Part shown: positions 22,850-31,374 of the stretch, one piece after another | Numbering within the stretch: the first letter of the stretch is position 1 | Layout of the letters: each line of letters begins with the position of its first letter | Source: Alphaproteobacteria bacterium | GTDB lineage: Bacteria > Pseudomonadota > Alphaproteobacteria > Bin95 | Direction: 5' to 3' | Length of the DNA: 64,000 nucleotides | Assembly (NCBI GenBank): GCA_965205265.1 | Contig: CBDBGH010000003.1 | Location: forward strand, 4,448,001 to 4,512,000 | Program-made: the position numbers and the translations under genes | Notes under the pieces: generated by a model | Seen by the model: only the letters and a program-made list of their open reading frames with translations | What the model was told of the DNA's origin: nothing | Database searches by the model: none

Positions 22850-24274
22850 ATGCAAACCAGATTGTTCGTGAGCCGGCCCGCCCGGCGCACGGTCGCCGCG
22901 ATCCTGCTCGGGAGCGCGCTAGCGGCCGGCGGGGCCTGGCAGGTGGGCGCGCTCCAGACCTCCGGCCCGCCCGGCGCCGCAACCGCGGCGCTGCCGAGCC
23001 TTGCCGGGACCATCGAGCGGGTAACGCCCGCCGTAGTGAACATCCGGGTCGAGAAGAGCGTCAGGGCGGAGATGCCGGCGGGCCCGCAGGAATTCATGCG
23101 GCGCTTCTTCGGCGACCGCGCGCCCTGGCCGGAAAAATGGCGCGACTGGCAGCCGGTGACGGGCGTGGGCTCCGGCTTCGTCATCTCGGCCGACGGCCAT
23201 ATCGTCACCAACCACCATGTCGTGGCGGGCGCCAGGGAGATCGCCGTCACCTTCCACGACAAGCGCAAGCTCGCCGCGCGCCTCGTGGGCGCGGACCCGA
23301 AGACGGACCTCGCCCTCCTTAAGGTGGAGGCCGAGGAGCCGCTTGCGCATGTGGCGTTCGCCGAGTCCGGCGAGGTCAGGGTCGGCGACTGGGTGGTGGC
23401 GGTCGGCAACCCCTTCGGCCTCGGCCATTCCGCCACGGCCGGCATCGTCTCGGCGCGCGGGCGCCAGATCGGCGCGGGGCCCTATGACGACTTCCTGCAG
23501 ATTTCCGCTCCCATCAACCGGGGCAATTCCGGCGGCCCGACCTTCAATCTCCGGGGCGAGGTCATCGGCGTGAACACGGCGATCTTCTCGCCCAACGGCG
23601 GCAATGTCGGCATCGGTTTCGCCGTGCCCGCGGCGCTCGCGAACGACATCGTGGCGGAGTTGAAAGCGAGCGGCGCGGTCGAGCGCGGGCGGCTCGGCGT
23701 CCGCATCCAGCATATGGACGACGACCTTGCGGAAAGTCTCGGCCTCGAAAAGGCCGAAGGCGCGCTCGTGGCCTCGGTCGATCCTTCCGGGCCGGCAGCC
23801 GCGGCGGGCCTGGAGACGGGCGACGTGATCCTGGAGGTGGACGGCGCGCGCGTGGTCGAAATGCGCCGCCTGCCCCGCATGATCGCCGAGCGGGACCCCG
23901 GCCGGACGGTGAAGCTGAAGCTCTGGCGCGACGGCGCGGAGGCGAGCGTGGAAGCCGTGCTCGCGACCTCGTTGCCGGCCGGCAACGAGGTCGCGAAGGC
24001 CGGCGCGCGCGAAGGCGGCCTTGCGGGGCTCGATCTCGGCGCGGCGGACGGCAAGGTCGTGGTCGCGGATGTCGCGCCCGGCAGCCCGGCAGCCCGCAAG
24101 GGCGTGCGCAAGGGCGACGTGCTCCTTTCCGTGGACCGCCGCGCCGTCGGGACGCCCGGCGAGGTGGAAGGCATCGTCGCCGAGCTCAGGACGGCCGGCC
24201 GCAAGGCCGTGCTCATGCTCCTCAGGCGGGAAAACAGGGACCGGTTCGTGGCATTGCCGCTGGACACGGCCTGA
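22850..24274 (+). CDS. degP: DegP/HtrA serine endoprotease (Do family) with two PDZ domains
   Basis: GSGFVI, TNHHVV, DPKTDLALL, GNPFGL, INRGNSGGP; signal-like N-terminus; AGAAGGA RBS. Confidence 0.9.
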   Translation: MQTRLFVSRPARRTVAAILLGSALAAGGAWQVGALQTSGPPGAATAALPSLAGTIERVTPAVVNIRVEKSVRAEMPAGPQEFMRRFFGDRAPWPEKWRDWQPVTGVGSGFVISADGHIVTNHHVVAGAREIAVTFHDKRKLAARLVGADPKTDLALLKVEAEEPLAHVAFAESGEVRVGDWVVAVGNPFGLGHSATAGIVSARGRQIGAGPYDDFLQISAPINRGNSGGPTFNLRGEVIGVNTAIFSPNGGNVGIGFAVPAALANDIVAELKASGAVERGRLGVRIQHMDDDLAESLGLEKAEGALVASVDPSGPAAAAGLETGDVILEVDGARVVEMRRLPRMIAERDPGRTVKLKLWRDGAEASVEAVLATSLPAGNEVAKAGAREGGLAGLDLGAADGKVVVADVAPGSPAARKGVRKGDVLLSVDRRAVGTPGEVEGIVAELRTAGRKAVLMLLRRENRDRFVALPLDTA

Positions 24275-24374
24275 TCCCCTGCCTCCGGACGCCCGCCGGT
24301 TCCTCCTCCCGCCGGCGGGCGTCCGGCCTTTTCCCGGCCCGGTCCGACGCCGCGCCGTGCTAGGATGGCCCGCC

Positions 24375-25055
24375 ATGCTCAAGATCCTCATCATCGAAGA
24401 CGACAGCGAGACGGCGGCCTATACGGCCAGGGGCCTTCGCGAGGACGGGCACCGCGTCGAGACCGCCGCCGACGGCCCGGAAGGGCTGGAGACGGCGCGC
24501 GGCGGCGGCTTCGATGTGCTGGTGGTTGACCGCATGCTGCCGGGGCTGGACGGGCTCAGCCTGGTGCGGACCCTGCGCGCCGGGGGCGACCGCACGCCGG
24601 TCCTTTTCCTGACGGCGCTCGGCAGCGTCGGCAACCGCGTCAAGGGGCTGGAGGCCGGGGCCGACGACTATCTCGTCAAGCCCTTCGCCTTTGCGGAACT
24701 GCGCGCGCGCATCGAGGCGCTGGCCCGGCGGCGCGCGCCGCCGGCTGCGGCGGAAACCGACTTCACCATCGGCGACCTCGAAATCCGCCGCCTGGAGCGC
24801 CGCGTTTACCGGGCGGGCAAGCCCTTGGCGCTCAAGCCCAGGGAGTTCCGGTTGCTGGAAGTGCTGGCCGAACATGCCGGGCGGGTCGTCACGAGGACCA
24901 TGCTGCTGGAGCAGGTCTGGGACTTCAGTTTCGATCCGGGCACCAATGTGATCGACGCGCAGATTTCGCGGCTGCGCGCCAAGATCGACAGGGGTTTCGA
25001 CACGCCGCTGCTGCATACCGTCAGGGGCGTCGGATACCGCCTTGCGGCCGACTGA
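24375..25055 (+). CDS. OmpR-family response regulator
   Basis: ILIIEDD, VDRMLPGLDG, GADDYLVKPF, LHTVRGVGY. Confidence 0.92.
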   Translation: MLKILIIEDDSETAAYTARGLREDGHRVETAADGPEGLETARGGGFDVLVVDRMLPGLDGLSLVRTLRAGGDRTPVLFLTALGSVGNRVKGLEAGADDYLVKPFAFAELRARIEALARRRAPPAAAETDFTIGDLEIRRLERRVYRAGKPLALKPREFRLLEVLAEHAGRVVTRTMLLEQVWDFSFDPGTNVIDAQISRLRAKIDRGFDTPLLHTVRGVGYRLAAD

Positions 25056-26415
25056 CCTGCTGCGCACCTCGGCCTTCCGGCTGACCCTGGTTTATCTGGC
25101 CGTGCTGGGGGTCTTCGGCTTTGTAGGCTTCCGCTTTCTCTACAGCGCCTCCCTGGAGGCGCTGCGGCAGGAGAGCCGGCACATCGTGCAGGCGGAGCTG
25201 GAGGGGCTGGCGGAGCATTACCGGGCGTTCGGGCCTCTCCGGCTCAGCGCCGTCATAGAGGGCCGAAGCCGGCGCGAGGGCCGGTCGCTTTACCTGCTGG
25301 CGGACCGGCGGGGCCGTAAGGCCGCCGGCAATCTCGGCTCATGGCCCGAGACGGCGCGGGAGCCCGGCCGGTGGCACGATTTCCACTATCTGCGCGCCCA
25401 TGACGGCGAGCCTCCCCACCGGCACACGGCCCGCGCCTATGTCGCCAACCTTCCCGACGGCTTCCGGCTTCTGGTCGCCCACGATATCGACGAGGAAGTC
25501 GCGCTCAGCCGCCGGATCGTCGTCTTCGGCGCCGCGGCCGGGGGACTGATCCTGCTGGCGGGGCTGGCGGCCGGCGTGCTCGTTTCCCGCGACCTGCGCC
25601 GGCGGGCGGAGGCGGTGGACGAGACCGGCCGGCGGATCATGGAGGACGGCGACCTGTCCCGGCGGGTGCCGGTGACGGGGCGCGGCGACGAGTTCGACGA
25701 CCTGGCGAACAGCGTCAACCGCATGTTGGCGCGCATCGAGGTGCTGATGAGCGAGTTGCGCGAGGTCACGGACGACATCGCGCACGACCTCCGCCGGCCG
25801 CTGGCCCGCCTCCATGCGCGGCTGGAGGACGTGTTGCGCGGACCCGCCGATGCGGGAGCCTACCGGGCCGCGCTGGCGGATACCGCGGCCGAAGTCCGGG
25901 AGCTGATAGACACCTTCAACATGCTGCTCGCGATCGTCAGGGCCGAGTCCGGGTCGGAGGCTGCGGTCGCCGTCGATCTCGCGGGGCTTGCAGAGGACGT
26001 GGTCGAGCTCCACCAGCCGCTGGCGGAGGAATGCGGCCTCACGCTTGAGTTCGCGAAGGAAGGCCCCGTCCCCGGGATCGAGGGGCAGCCGGAGCTGCTG
26101 GCCCAGGCGCTCTCCAACCTCATCGACAATGCGGTCAAATACACGCCCCCGGGCGGGCGCGTCTCGGTCGCCGCCGGCCCCGCCGGCATTGCCGTGGCCG
26201 ACAGCGGCCCCGGCATCGCGCCGGAGGACCGGGAGCGCGCGATGGACCGCTTCGTGCGCCTCGACCCGAGCCGCCATCTGCCCGGCAACGGCCTCGGCCT
26301 GGCGCTCGCCGCCGCCGCCGCCCGGCGCCACAACGCCCGCCTGGTGCTGGCCGACGCCGCGCCCGGCAAGAACCCGCCGGGCCTCAGGGCCAGCCTGGAA
26401 TTCGCCGCGCCCTGA
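25042..26415 (+). CDS. HAMP-domain sensor histidine kinase
   Basis: Two TM segments, HAMP, IAHDLRRPL H-box, NLIDNAVKY, DSGPGI, GNGLGL. Confidence 0.92.
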   Translation: MRPTDLLRTSAFRLTLVYLAVLGVFGFVGFRFLYSASLEALRQESRHIVQAELEGLAEHYRAFGPLRLSAVIEGRSRREGRSLYLLADRRGRKAAGNLGSWPETAREPGRWHDFHYLRAHDGEPPHRHTARAYVANLPDGFRLLVAHDIDEEVALSRRIVVFGAAAGGLILLAGLAAGVLVSRDLRRRAEAVDETGRRIMEDGDLSRRVPVTGRGDEFDDLANSVNRMLARIEVLMSELREVTDDIAHDLRRPLARLHARLEDVLRGPADAGAYRAALADTAAEVRELIDTFNMLLAIVRAESGSEAAVAVDLAGLAEDVVELHQPLAEECGLTLEFAKEGPVPGIEGQPELLAQALSNLIDNAVKYTPPGGRVSVAAGPAGIAVADSGPGIAPEDRERAMDRFVRLDPSRHLPGNGLGLALAAAAARRHNARLVLADAAPGKNPPGLRASLEFAAP

Positions 26416-26501
26416 CCCGGCTGGCGCGCCGGCTATGGACCGGACGAGACATGCGAATCCGGCGGCCGGCCGGTATGAAACATGGATTGTTCGAAATAAT
26501 C

Positions 26502-26550
26502 GAGTAATATTTCTCTATAAGGATTGCATTCTCAGAAAGTGTGCTATTAT
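26502..26550 (+). promoter_or_regulatory. putative operator and extended -10 promoter of the element
   Basis: AT-rich island with palindrome GAGTAATATTTCTC (26502-26515), TTGCAT (26524) and TG-C-TATTAT (TG-C-TATGAT in copy 2). Confidence 0.5.
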
Positions 26551-26556
26551 GGGCCC

Positions 26557-26804
26557 GAGGGAAGCGGCGTCCATGGACCGCGTCCCGCCCGCGCCGGCCC
26601 GGTGCGGAGCGACCCCGATTCAGCCGACAGGCGAAGTGCGTCCTGTGCCCGCCTCGCGCGCGGGCAATCAGGCGCGCGAACCGCGCCGCCGCGAAACGCG
26701 CCCGCCCGCGCACAGGCGCCCGCGCAGGATACGCGCGGTAAAGGGTCGCTCCCTGCCGGGCGGTGCGCCGAACGAACGCGAACCGGAACGAAGGAGCCGC
26801 ACCC
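26557..26804 (+). ncRNA. putative structured leader / ncRNA of the TerS-like element
   Basis: GGAGCGACCC (26606-26615) pairs with GGGTCGCTCC (26743-26752); CCTGTGC (26642-26648) with GCACAGG (26710-26716); ~170 nt identical in copy 2. Confidence 0.4.
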
Positions 26805-27731
26805 ATGCCCGTGCTCGACCCGACCCTCTCCCTCTCCTCCCGACAGGAAGCCTTCTGCCGCCACTACACAGCCTCCGGCAATGCCGCAGACGCCGCAAGG
26901 CGCGCCGGCTATGCCGAACGCTCCGCAAGGCAGACCGGCTCCGCCCTGCTGGAACGCCCCTGGATCGTGGAGCGGGTGCGGCGCATCCGCATGTCGTGGC
27001 GGCGCACCGAGCGGGACGAGGCGCAGATCGTGCTCGCCCGTCTGGAGCAGGCCTGGGATGCGGCGGTCGCCAGCGGGTCCGCCTACATGATGGTCCGGAT
27101 CGTCCGCTTCCAGGCGGAGATTGCGGGGCTGACGCAGCCCGCCAACCGGGCGGCGCTCTGGTCGATGCCGGAGGAGGACGAGTTCGGCGAGATCGAGGCC
27201 GGCGAGGCGCAGGAGGCCGGCACCGTGCCGGGACCCCTGGCCGAGGCCGTGCGCCACGGCCGTGCCCGCGCCGAACGCGCCCTTGCCCGCCATTGCGGGA
27301 ACAGGGAGGCGATGGAGGCAGGGGAAGGCTTCGACGGGGCCGCCCATGCGCAGGTTGCCGCAAGGCTCACGGCGGCCGTCGAGGAGCGCGAGAGCCTGCC
27401 CGTCCGCTTCGACCCGCCGCCGCCCGCACCGGCCAACGACCTTCCCCTCGCTGACGACCCGCCCGAAGACACCTACGACCCGGAGCGGTTCCCCGGCGAG
27501 TGGGCCGACGGCGACCGCCCGGGCGAGGAGGAACGCGCCGAGGGCGCGGAAACCGACTGGCTCTACCAGCGCCGCAACGACTATGCCGAGATCCACGACC
27601 CCTGGTCGCCGGAAAACATCGAACGCCGCCAGGCCGACAGCCTCAACCGGCTCGAGAATGGGCCGCCCCCTTCGACCCGCCCCGCAACCCCGGTCTCGCA
27701 CCCGACCATGACATTTCATGACATCCCATGA
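26805..27731 (+). CDS. terminase small subunit-like HTH protein with a long acidic/Pro-rich C-terminal extension (copy 1)
   Basis: LSSRQEAFCRHY..SGNAADAARRAGYAERSARQTGSALL matches the phage TerS (Terminase_2-type) N-terminus; AAGGAG RBS at 26791. Confidence 0.8.
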   Translation: MPVLDPTLSLSSRQEAFCRHYTASGNAADAARRAGYAERSARQTGSALLERPWIVERVRRIRMSWRRTERDEAQIVLARLEQAWDAAVASGSAYMMVRIVRFQAEIAGLTQPANRAALWSMPEEDEFGEIEAGEAQEAGTVPGPLAEAVRHGRARAERALARHCGNREAMEAGEGFDGAAHAQVAARLTAAVEERESLPVRFDPPPPAPANDLPLADDPPEDTYDPERFPGEWADGDRPGEEERAEGAETDWLYQRRNDYAEIHDPWSPENIERRQADSLNRLENGPPPSTRPATPVSHPTMTFHDIP

Positions 27732-27808
27732 CACGCTGCAAACTCCCGGCGTCCGGGGTGGCGAAAAGGAGGGCGCATGATTCCACAGGCATCGGGAGGG
27801 GATGCGGC

Positions 27809-29176
27809 ATGAACGGCATGCGGGAGCTGTTGGACGAGACGGTCCGGCGCGCGGCGCGGTTTCTGGAATCGCTGCCGGAACGCCCCGTGGCTGCGGCGCG
27901 CGGCGCGGGCGAATTGGCGGCGGCGTTGGGCGGCGCGCTGCCGGAAAAGGGGCTGCCGGCTTCCGAAATTCTCTCCCGGCTCGACGAGACCGGCGGGCAG
28001 GGAACGGTTGCAAGCGCGGGCCCGCGCTATTTCGGCTTCGTAACCGGCGGCGTCCTGCCGGCCCCGCTGGCCGCCAACTGGCTCGCAGCCGCATGGGACC
28101 AGAACGCCTTCAGCGAAGCGAGCTCACCGCTCGGCGCCGCGGTCGAGCGTGTCGCGGCGCGGTGGCTGCTCGAAGCGCTCGACCTGCCGGCGGATGCGGG
28201 GACCGCGTTCGTCACCGGGGCGACGATGGCGAACTTCGCCGCGCTCGCCGCCGACCGCCGCGCCGTGCTGCTCGCGCACGGCCATGACGTGGACCGGCAC
28301 GGGCTCCACGGCGCTCCGGAGGTCGCCGTCGCGGTGGGCGAGCAGGCGCACGCCACGCTGTTCAAGGCGCTGGGCATGCTCGGGCTCGGGCGCGACCGGG
28401 TGGTCCGGGTGCCCGTGGACGGCGAGGGCCGCATGCGCGTGGAGGCGCTGCCCGACCTGGACGGCCCGGCGATCGTCTGCGCGCAGGCGGGCAATGTGAA
28501 CACAGGCGCGTTCGACCCGGTGGGCGCGATTTGCGAGGCGGTGCGCGCCGAGGATGTCCGGGTGCATGTGGACGGCGCCTTCGGCCTCTGGGCAAGAGCG
28601 TCGCCCGAGTTCGCGGCGCTGACGCAGGGCATCGAGCGCGCCGACTCCTGGGCGGCCGATGCCCACAAATGGCTCAACGTGCCCTATGACAGCGGCCTCG
28701 CCATCGTGCGCGACGCCGGCGCGCTCAGCGGCGCGATGTCGGTGCAGGCGGACTATCTGCCCGACCCGGAGAACCGGGAGCCGTTCGAATTCACGCCCGA
28801 GACCAGCCGGCGCATGCGCGGGGTCGAGGTCTGGGCGGCGCTGGCGTCGCTCGGCCGCGACGGGCTGGCGGCGCTGGTCGAGCGCAACTGCCGCCAGGCG
28901 CGGCGCTTTGCGGCCGGGCTGCGGGACGCCGGCTTCGAAATCCTCAACGACGTGGCGCTGAACCAGGTGCTCGTTGCATTCGGCGACGACCGGACGACCG
29001 AACGGGTGATTCGCGGCGTGCAGCGCGACGGGACCTGCTGGTGCGGGGGGACCCGGTGGAACGGCCGCGCCGCCATGCGCATCAGCGTCTCGTCATGGGC
29101 GACCGCCGACGATGACGTGGAGCGGAGCCTCGACGCCATCGTCCGGGTGGCAAACGAGGTCCGGGGAAAGGCGTGA
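27809..29176 (+). CDS. PLP-dependent group II (aromatic-L-amino-acid-type) decarboxylase
   Basis: GPRYFGFVTGG, FVTGATMANF, QAGNVNTGAFD, HVDGAFGLW, DSW..DAHKWLNVPYD. Confidence 0.9.
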   Translation: MNGMRELLDETVRRAARFLESLPERPVAAARGAGELAAALGGALPEKGLPASEILSRLDETGGQGTVASAGPRYFGFVTGGVLPAPLAANWLAAAWDQNAFSEASSPLGAAVERVAARWLLEALDLPADAGTAFVTGATMANFAALAADRRAVLLAHGHDVDRHGLHGAPEVAVAVGEQAHATLFKALGMLGLGRDRVVRVPVDGEGRMRVEALPDLDGPAIVCAQAGNVNTGAFDPVGAICEAVRAEDVRVHVDGAFGLWARASPEFAALTQGIERADSWAADAHKWLNVPYDSGLAIVRDAGALSGAMSVQADYLPDPENREPFEFTPETSRRMRGVEVWAALASLGRDGLAALVERNCRQARRFAAGLRDAGFEILNDVALNQVLVAFGDDRTTERVIRGVQRDGTCWCGGTRWNGRAAMRISVSSWATADDDVERSLDAIVRVANEVRGKA

Positions 29177-29212
29177 AGCAGTCGGCGGGTTTGGGGGTTC
29201 CGTCGCCGTGCT

Positions 29213-29788
29213 TCAGGGCCAGAGCGCGTCCAGCGGGAAAGCGATCGCCTCGAAGGGCGGGAAGGATACCGGGTCGTCGTTCCTGGCCGAGCCCGCCGGC
29301 GACCAATTTCCTTCCAGAAGCGCGAACGCCTCCAGCACCCGCGCCGCTGGATCGACGAGCCAAAGATGGCCTACCCCTTCCCGCGCATAGACAGGGCGTT
29401 TCTGTTTGAGATCGAATTTCTGCGTCGAGGGGGAAAGGATCTCGCATACCCAGTCCGGCGCGAGGGTGCAATAGGGCGTCTGCGGGTATTCCGGCATCCG
29501 CTCCCGGCGCCAGCCAGCGAGGTCCGGCACCAGAATGTCCTCGCCGAAGTGGAGCTCCGGCTCGTCGATGATCCACCAGCCGCCCGGCCCACCCCGGCCC
29601 TTCTGGAACGGGCTGACAAGTTCATCGCCGAGAGATGACCCCGCGAGCGCATGCGGCATGGCCGGCCGCGGCTGTGTGTGCAGCGCGCCTTCGACGATTT
29701 CGGCCACCATATGCGGCGGCGCATTCAGCACGTCCCGATACGTCGCCCGGCCCGTCTTCCGTTTGCGAAGCGCCGCGCCCGCGCTCAT
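29213..29788 (-). CDS. Uma2 family endonuclease (DUF820)
   Basis: ATY.DVL.AP.HMVAEIV.G, GGPGGWWI..EPELH, VPDLAGWRRERM, APDWVCEILSPST. Confidence 0.9.
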   Translation of the reverse strand: MSAGAALRKRKTGRATYRDVLNAPPHMVAEIVEGALHTQPRPAMPHALAGSSLGDELVSPFQKGRGGPGGWWIIDEPELHFGEDILVPDLAGWRRERMPEYPQTPYCTLAPDWVCEILSPSTQKFDLKQKRPVYAREGVGHLWLVDPAARVLEAFALLEGNWSPAGSARNDDPVSFPPFEAIAFPLDALWP

Positions 29789-29860
29789 CCCGTCACCCCC
29801 GTTCCATGCTCCCCGTCATGCTACGCCCGCGCTCCAATCCTGTCACCGGCACGCTCTGCC

Positions 29861-30259
29861 TCACGTCTCGACGACGACATAGTCCTCCTCGACGCGGACG
29901 GGCACGGTTTCGGCCCGAAGCTCCTCGGCCGGCTCGGCGGAGACGCGGAAGGCGCGGGTGCGGTGGCGGCGGGGGTCGAAGCGGCTTTCGCCGGTGGCGA
30001 GGTCGAACTCCCAGCCATGCCAGGGGCAGCGCAGGATTTCCCCCGGACGCGAGAAGCTGTAATCGCCCGGCGCGCCCGCCTCGACGAGCCCGGTCAGCAC
30101 CCCTTCGGAGAGCGGTCCGCCCTGGTGCGGGCAGCGGTCCAGCAGGCCGAAATAGCGCCCGCCGACATTGAACAGCGCGATACGCCGGCCCTCCAGCACC
30201 ACGCAGCGCCGCGTGCCCGGCGGAAACTCGGAGACGGGGCCGACGACATGCCGGGTCAC
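29861..30259 (-). CDS. Rieske [2Fe-2S] ferredoxin
   Basis: CPHQGGPL and CPWHGWEFDL motifs. Confidence 0.92.
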   Translation of the reverse strand: MTRHVVGPVSEFPPGTRRCVVLEGRRIALFNVGGRYFGLLDRCPHQGGPLSEGVLTGLVEAGAPGDYSFSRPGEILRCPWHGWEFDLATGESRFDPRRHRTRAFRVSAEPAEELRAETVPVRVEEDYVVVET

Positions 30260-31374
30260 GGCATTTGCCGGCCGTACACCCCGAGCGCGTTGTCGGTGAA
30301 GAAGGCCCGGCGCTTGTCCGTGTCCACCCAGGAGGGCAGCACCCGGTCCGGCTGGTCAAAGTCCCAATGCGGGTAGTCGGTCGCGAAAAGCAGCCTGTCC
30401 CAGCCGATCCAGTCTATGCACTCGACCAGCTGGCGCGGGCGTCTCGGCTCCTCCATCGGCTGGGTGGTGAGGAACACCTGCTCGCGGACGATCTCGCTCG
30501 GCCGGCGCTTGCAGCGATGCAGCTCGTCCCGCATCCGCATCCACACCCGGTCGAGCCGCCAGCAAAGCGCCGGCAGCCAGGCGAAGCCGCTCTCGATCAG
30601 CACCATCCTGAGGCCGGGCAGCCGGTCGAACACGCCCTCGAAGATCATGCTGGTCAGCACGGCCTGGCTGGACTGCGCGTGGCCGGTCATGTCCTCGATA
30701 TAGTAGGAGGGCCAACCGCTGCCGGTGATCGGCGCGCCGCCGAAGCCGAAAGCGTGGACAGCAAGCGGCAGGCCGGCTGCAGCCGCGGCGTCGTAGATCG
30801 GCCAGTAGCGCCGCTGGCCCATCGGCTCGGCCGTGCGGTTCAGCATGAAGACCTGGACGTAGTCCTCCTCGCCGGCGCAGCGCTCGATCTCGCGGACCGA
30901 CGCCGCCGCGTCCTCATAGGGAATGACAATGGAAGCCTTGAGACGCGGCTCCTCGCGGGTCCAGAACGCGATCTGCCAGTCGTTGATGGCGCGGCAATAG
31001 GCATCCGCGAAATCGAGGTTCTGAAGGCCCTGGCCCGACTTGAGCGGGTTCAGCACGCCGAAGCCGACATTGTTGGGGTCGAGATGCTGGGCGCGCATGA
31101 AGGCGAGGTCGCTGCCGGGCCGTCCGCCCTCGGGCGGATAGGCGTCGCGCCGCGCGGCGTCGGGCTGGCCCTTCGGATAAGCCGGGCCGTTCAGGAAAGG
31201 CTGGCGGGGCCGCGCGCCGTAGCGCTCCATATGGCGCTGCCAGCGCCTCTCCAGAAAAGGATAGATTTCGCGCTCAAGCGATTTCGGGCTCGGATGGATG
31301 TCGCAGTCGGCGATCCGGAGCCGGGCTTCGGCCGTCGCCTCCCCCGACGGGCGGTCCAGAACCTCTACCGTCAT
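30256..31374 (-). CDS. amidohydrolase family 2 protein
   Basis: [42 protein letters not shown]. Confidence 0.9.
   Translation of the reverse strand: MTVEVLDRPSGEATAEARLRIADCDIHPSPKSLEREIYPFLERRWQRHMERYGARPRQPFLNGPAYPKGQPDAARRDAYPPEGGRPGSDLAFMRAQHLDPNNVGFGVLNPLKSGQGLQNLDFADAYCRAINDWQIAFWTREEPRLKASIVIPYEDAAASVREIERCAGEEDYVQVFMLNRTAEPMGQRRYWPIYDAAAAAGLPLAVHAFGFGGAPITGSGWPSYYIEDMTGHAQSSQAVLTSMIFEGVFDRLPGLRMVLIESGFAWLPALCWRLDRVWMRMRDELHRCKRRPSEIVREQVFLTTQPMEEPRRPRQLVECIDWIGWDRLLFATDYPHWDFDQPDRVLPSWVDTDKRRAFFTDNALGVYGRQMP

Larger units (their letters stand above)
26455..27731 (+). repeat. copy 1 of a ~1.28 kb dispersed element (promoter + structured leader + TerS-like gene)
   Basis: Aligns by eye with the reverse complement of 56329-57605 from GAATCCG to the stop codon. 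Confidence 0.95.

Noticed and set aside
26573-26760. Possible upstream peptide MDRVPPAPARCG... in the element leader
   Set aside because: Its frame stops early in copy 2 but reads on in copy 1, and the composition is Arg/Pro-rich like a shadow ORF; an RNA or DNA structure explains the conservation better, though a uORF is not excluded.
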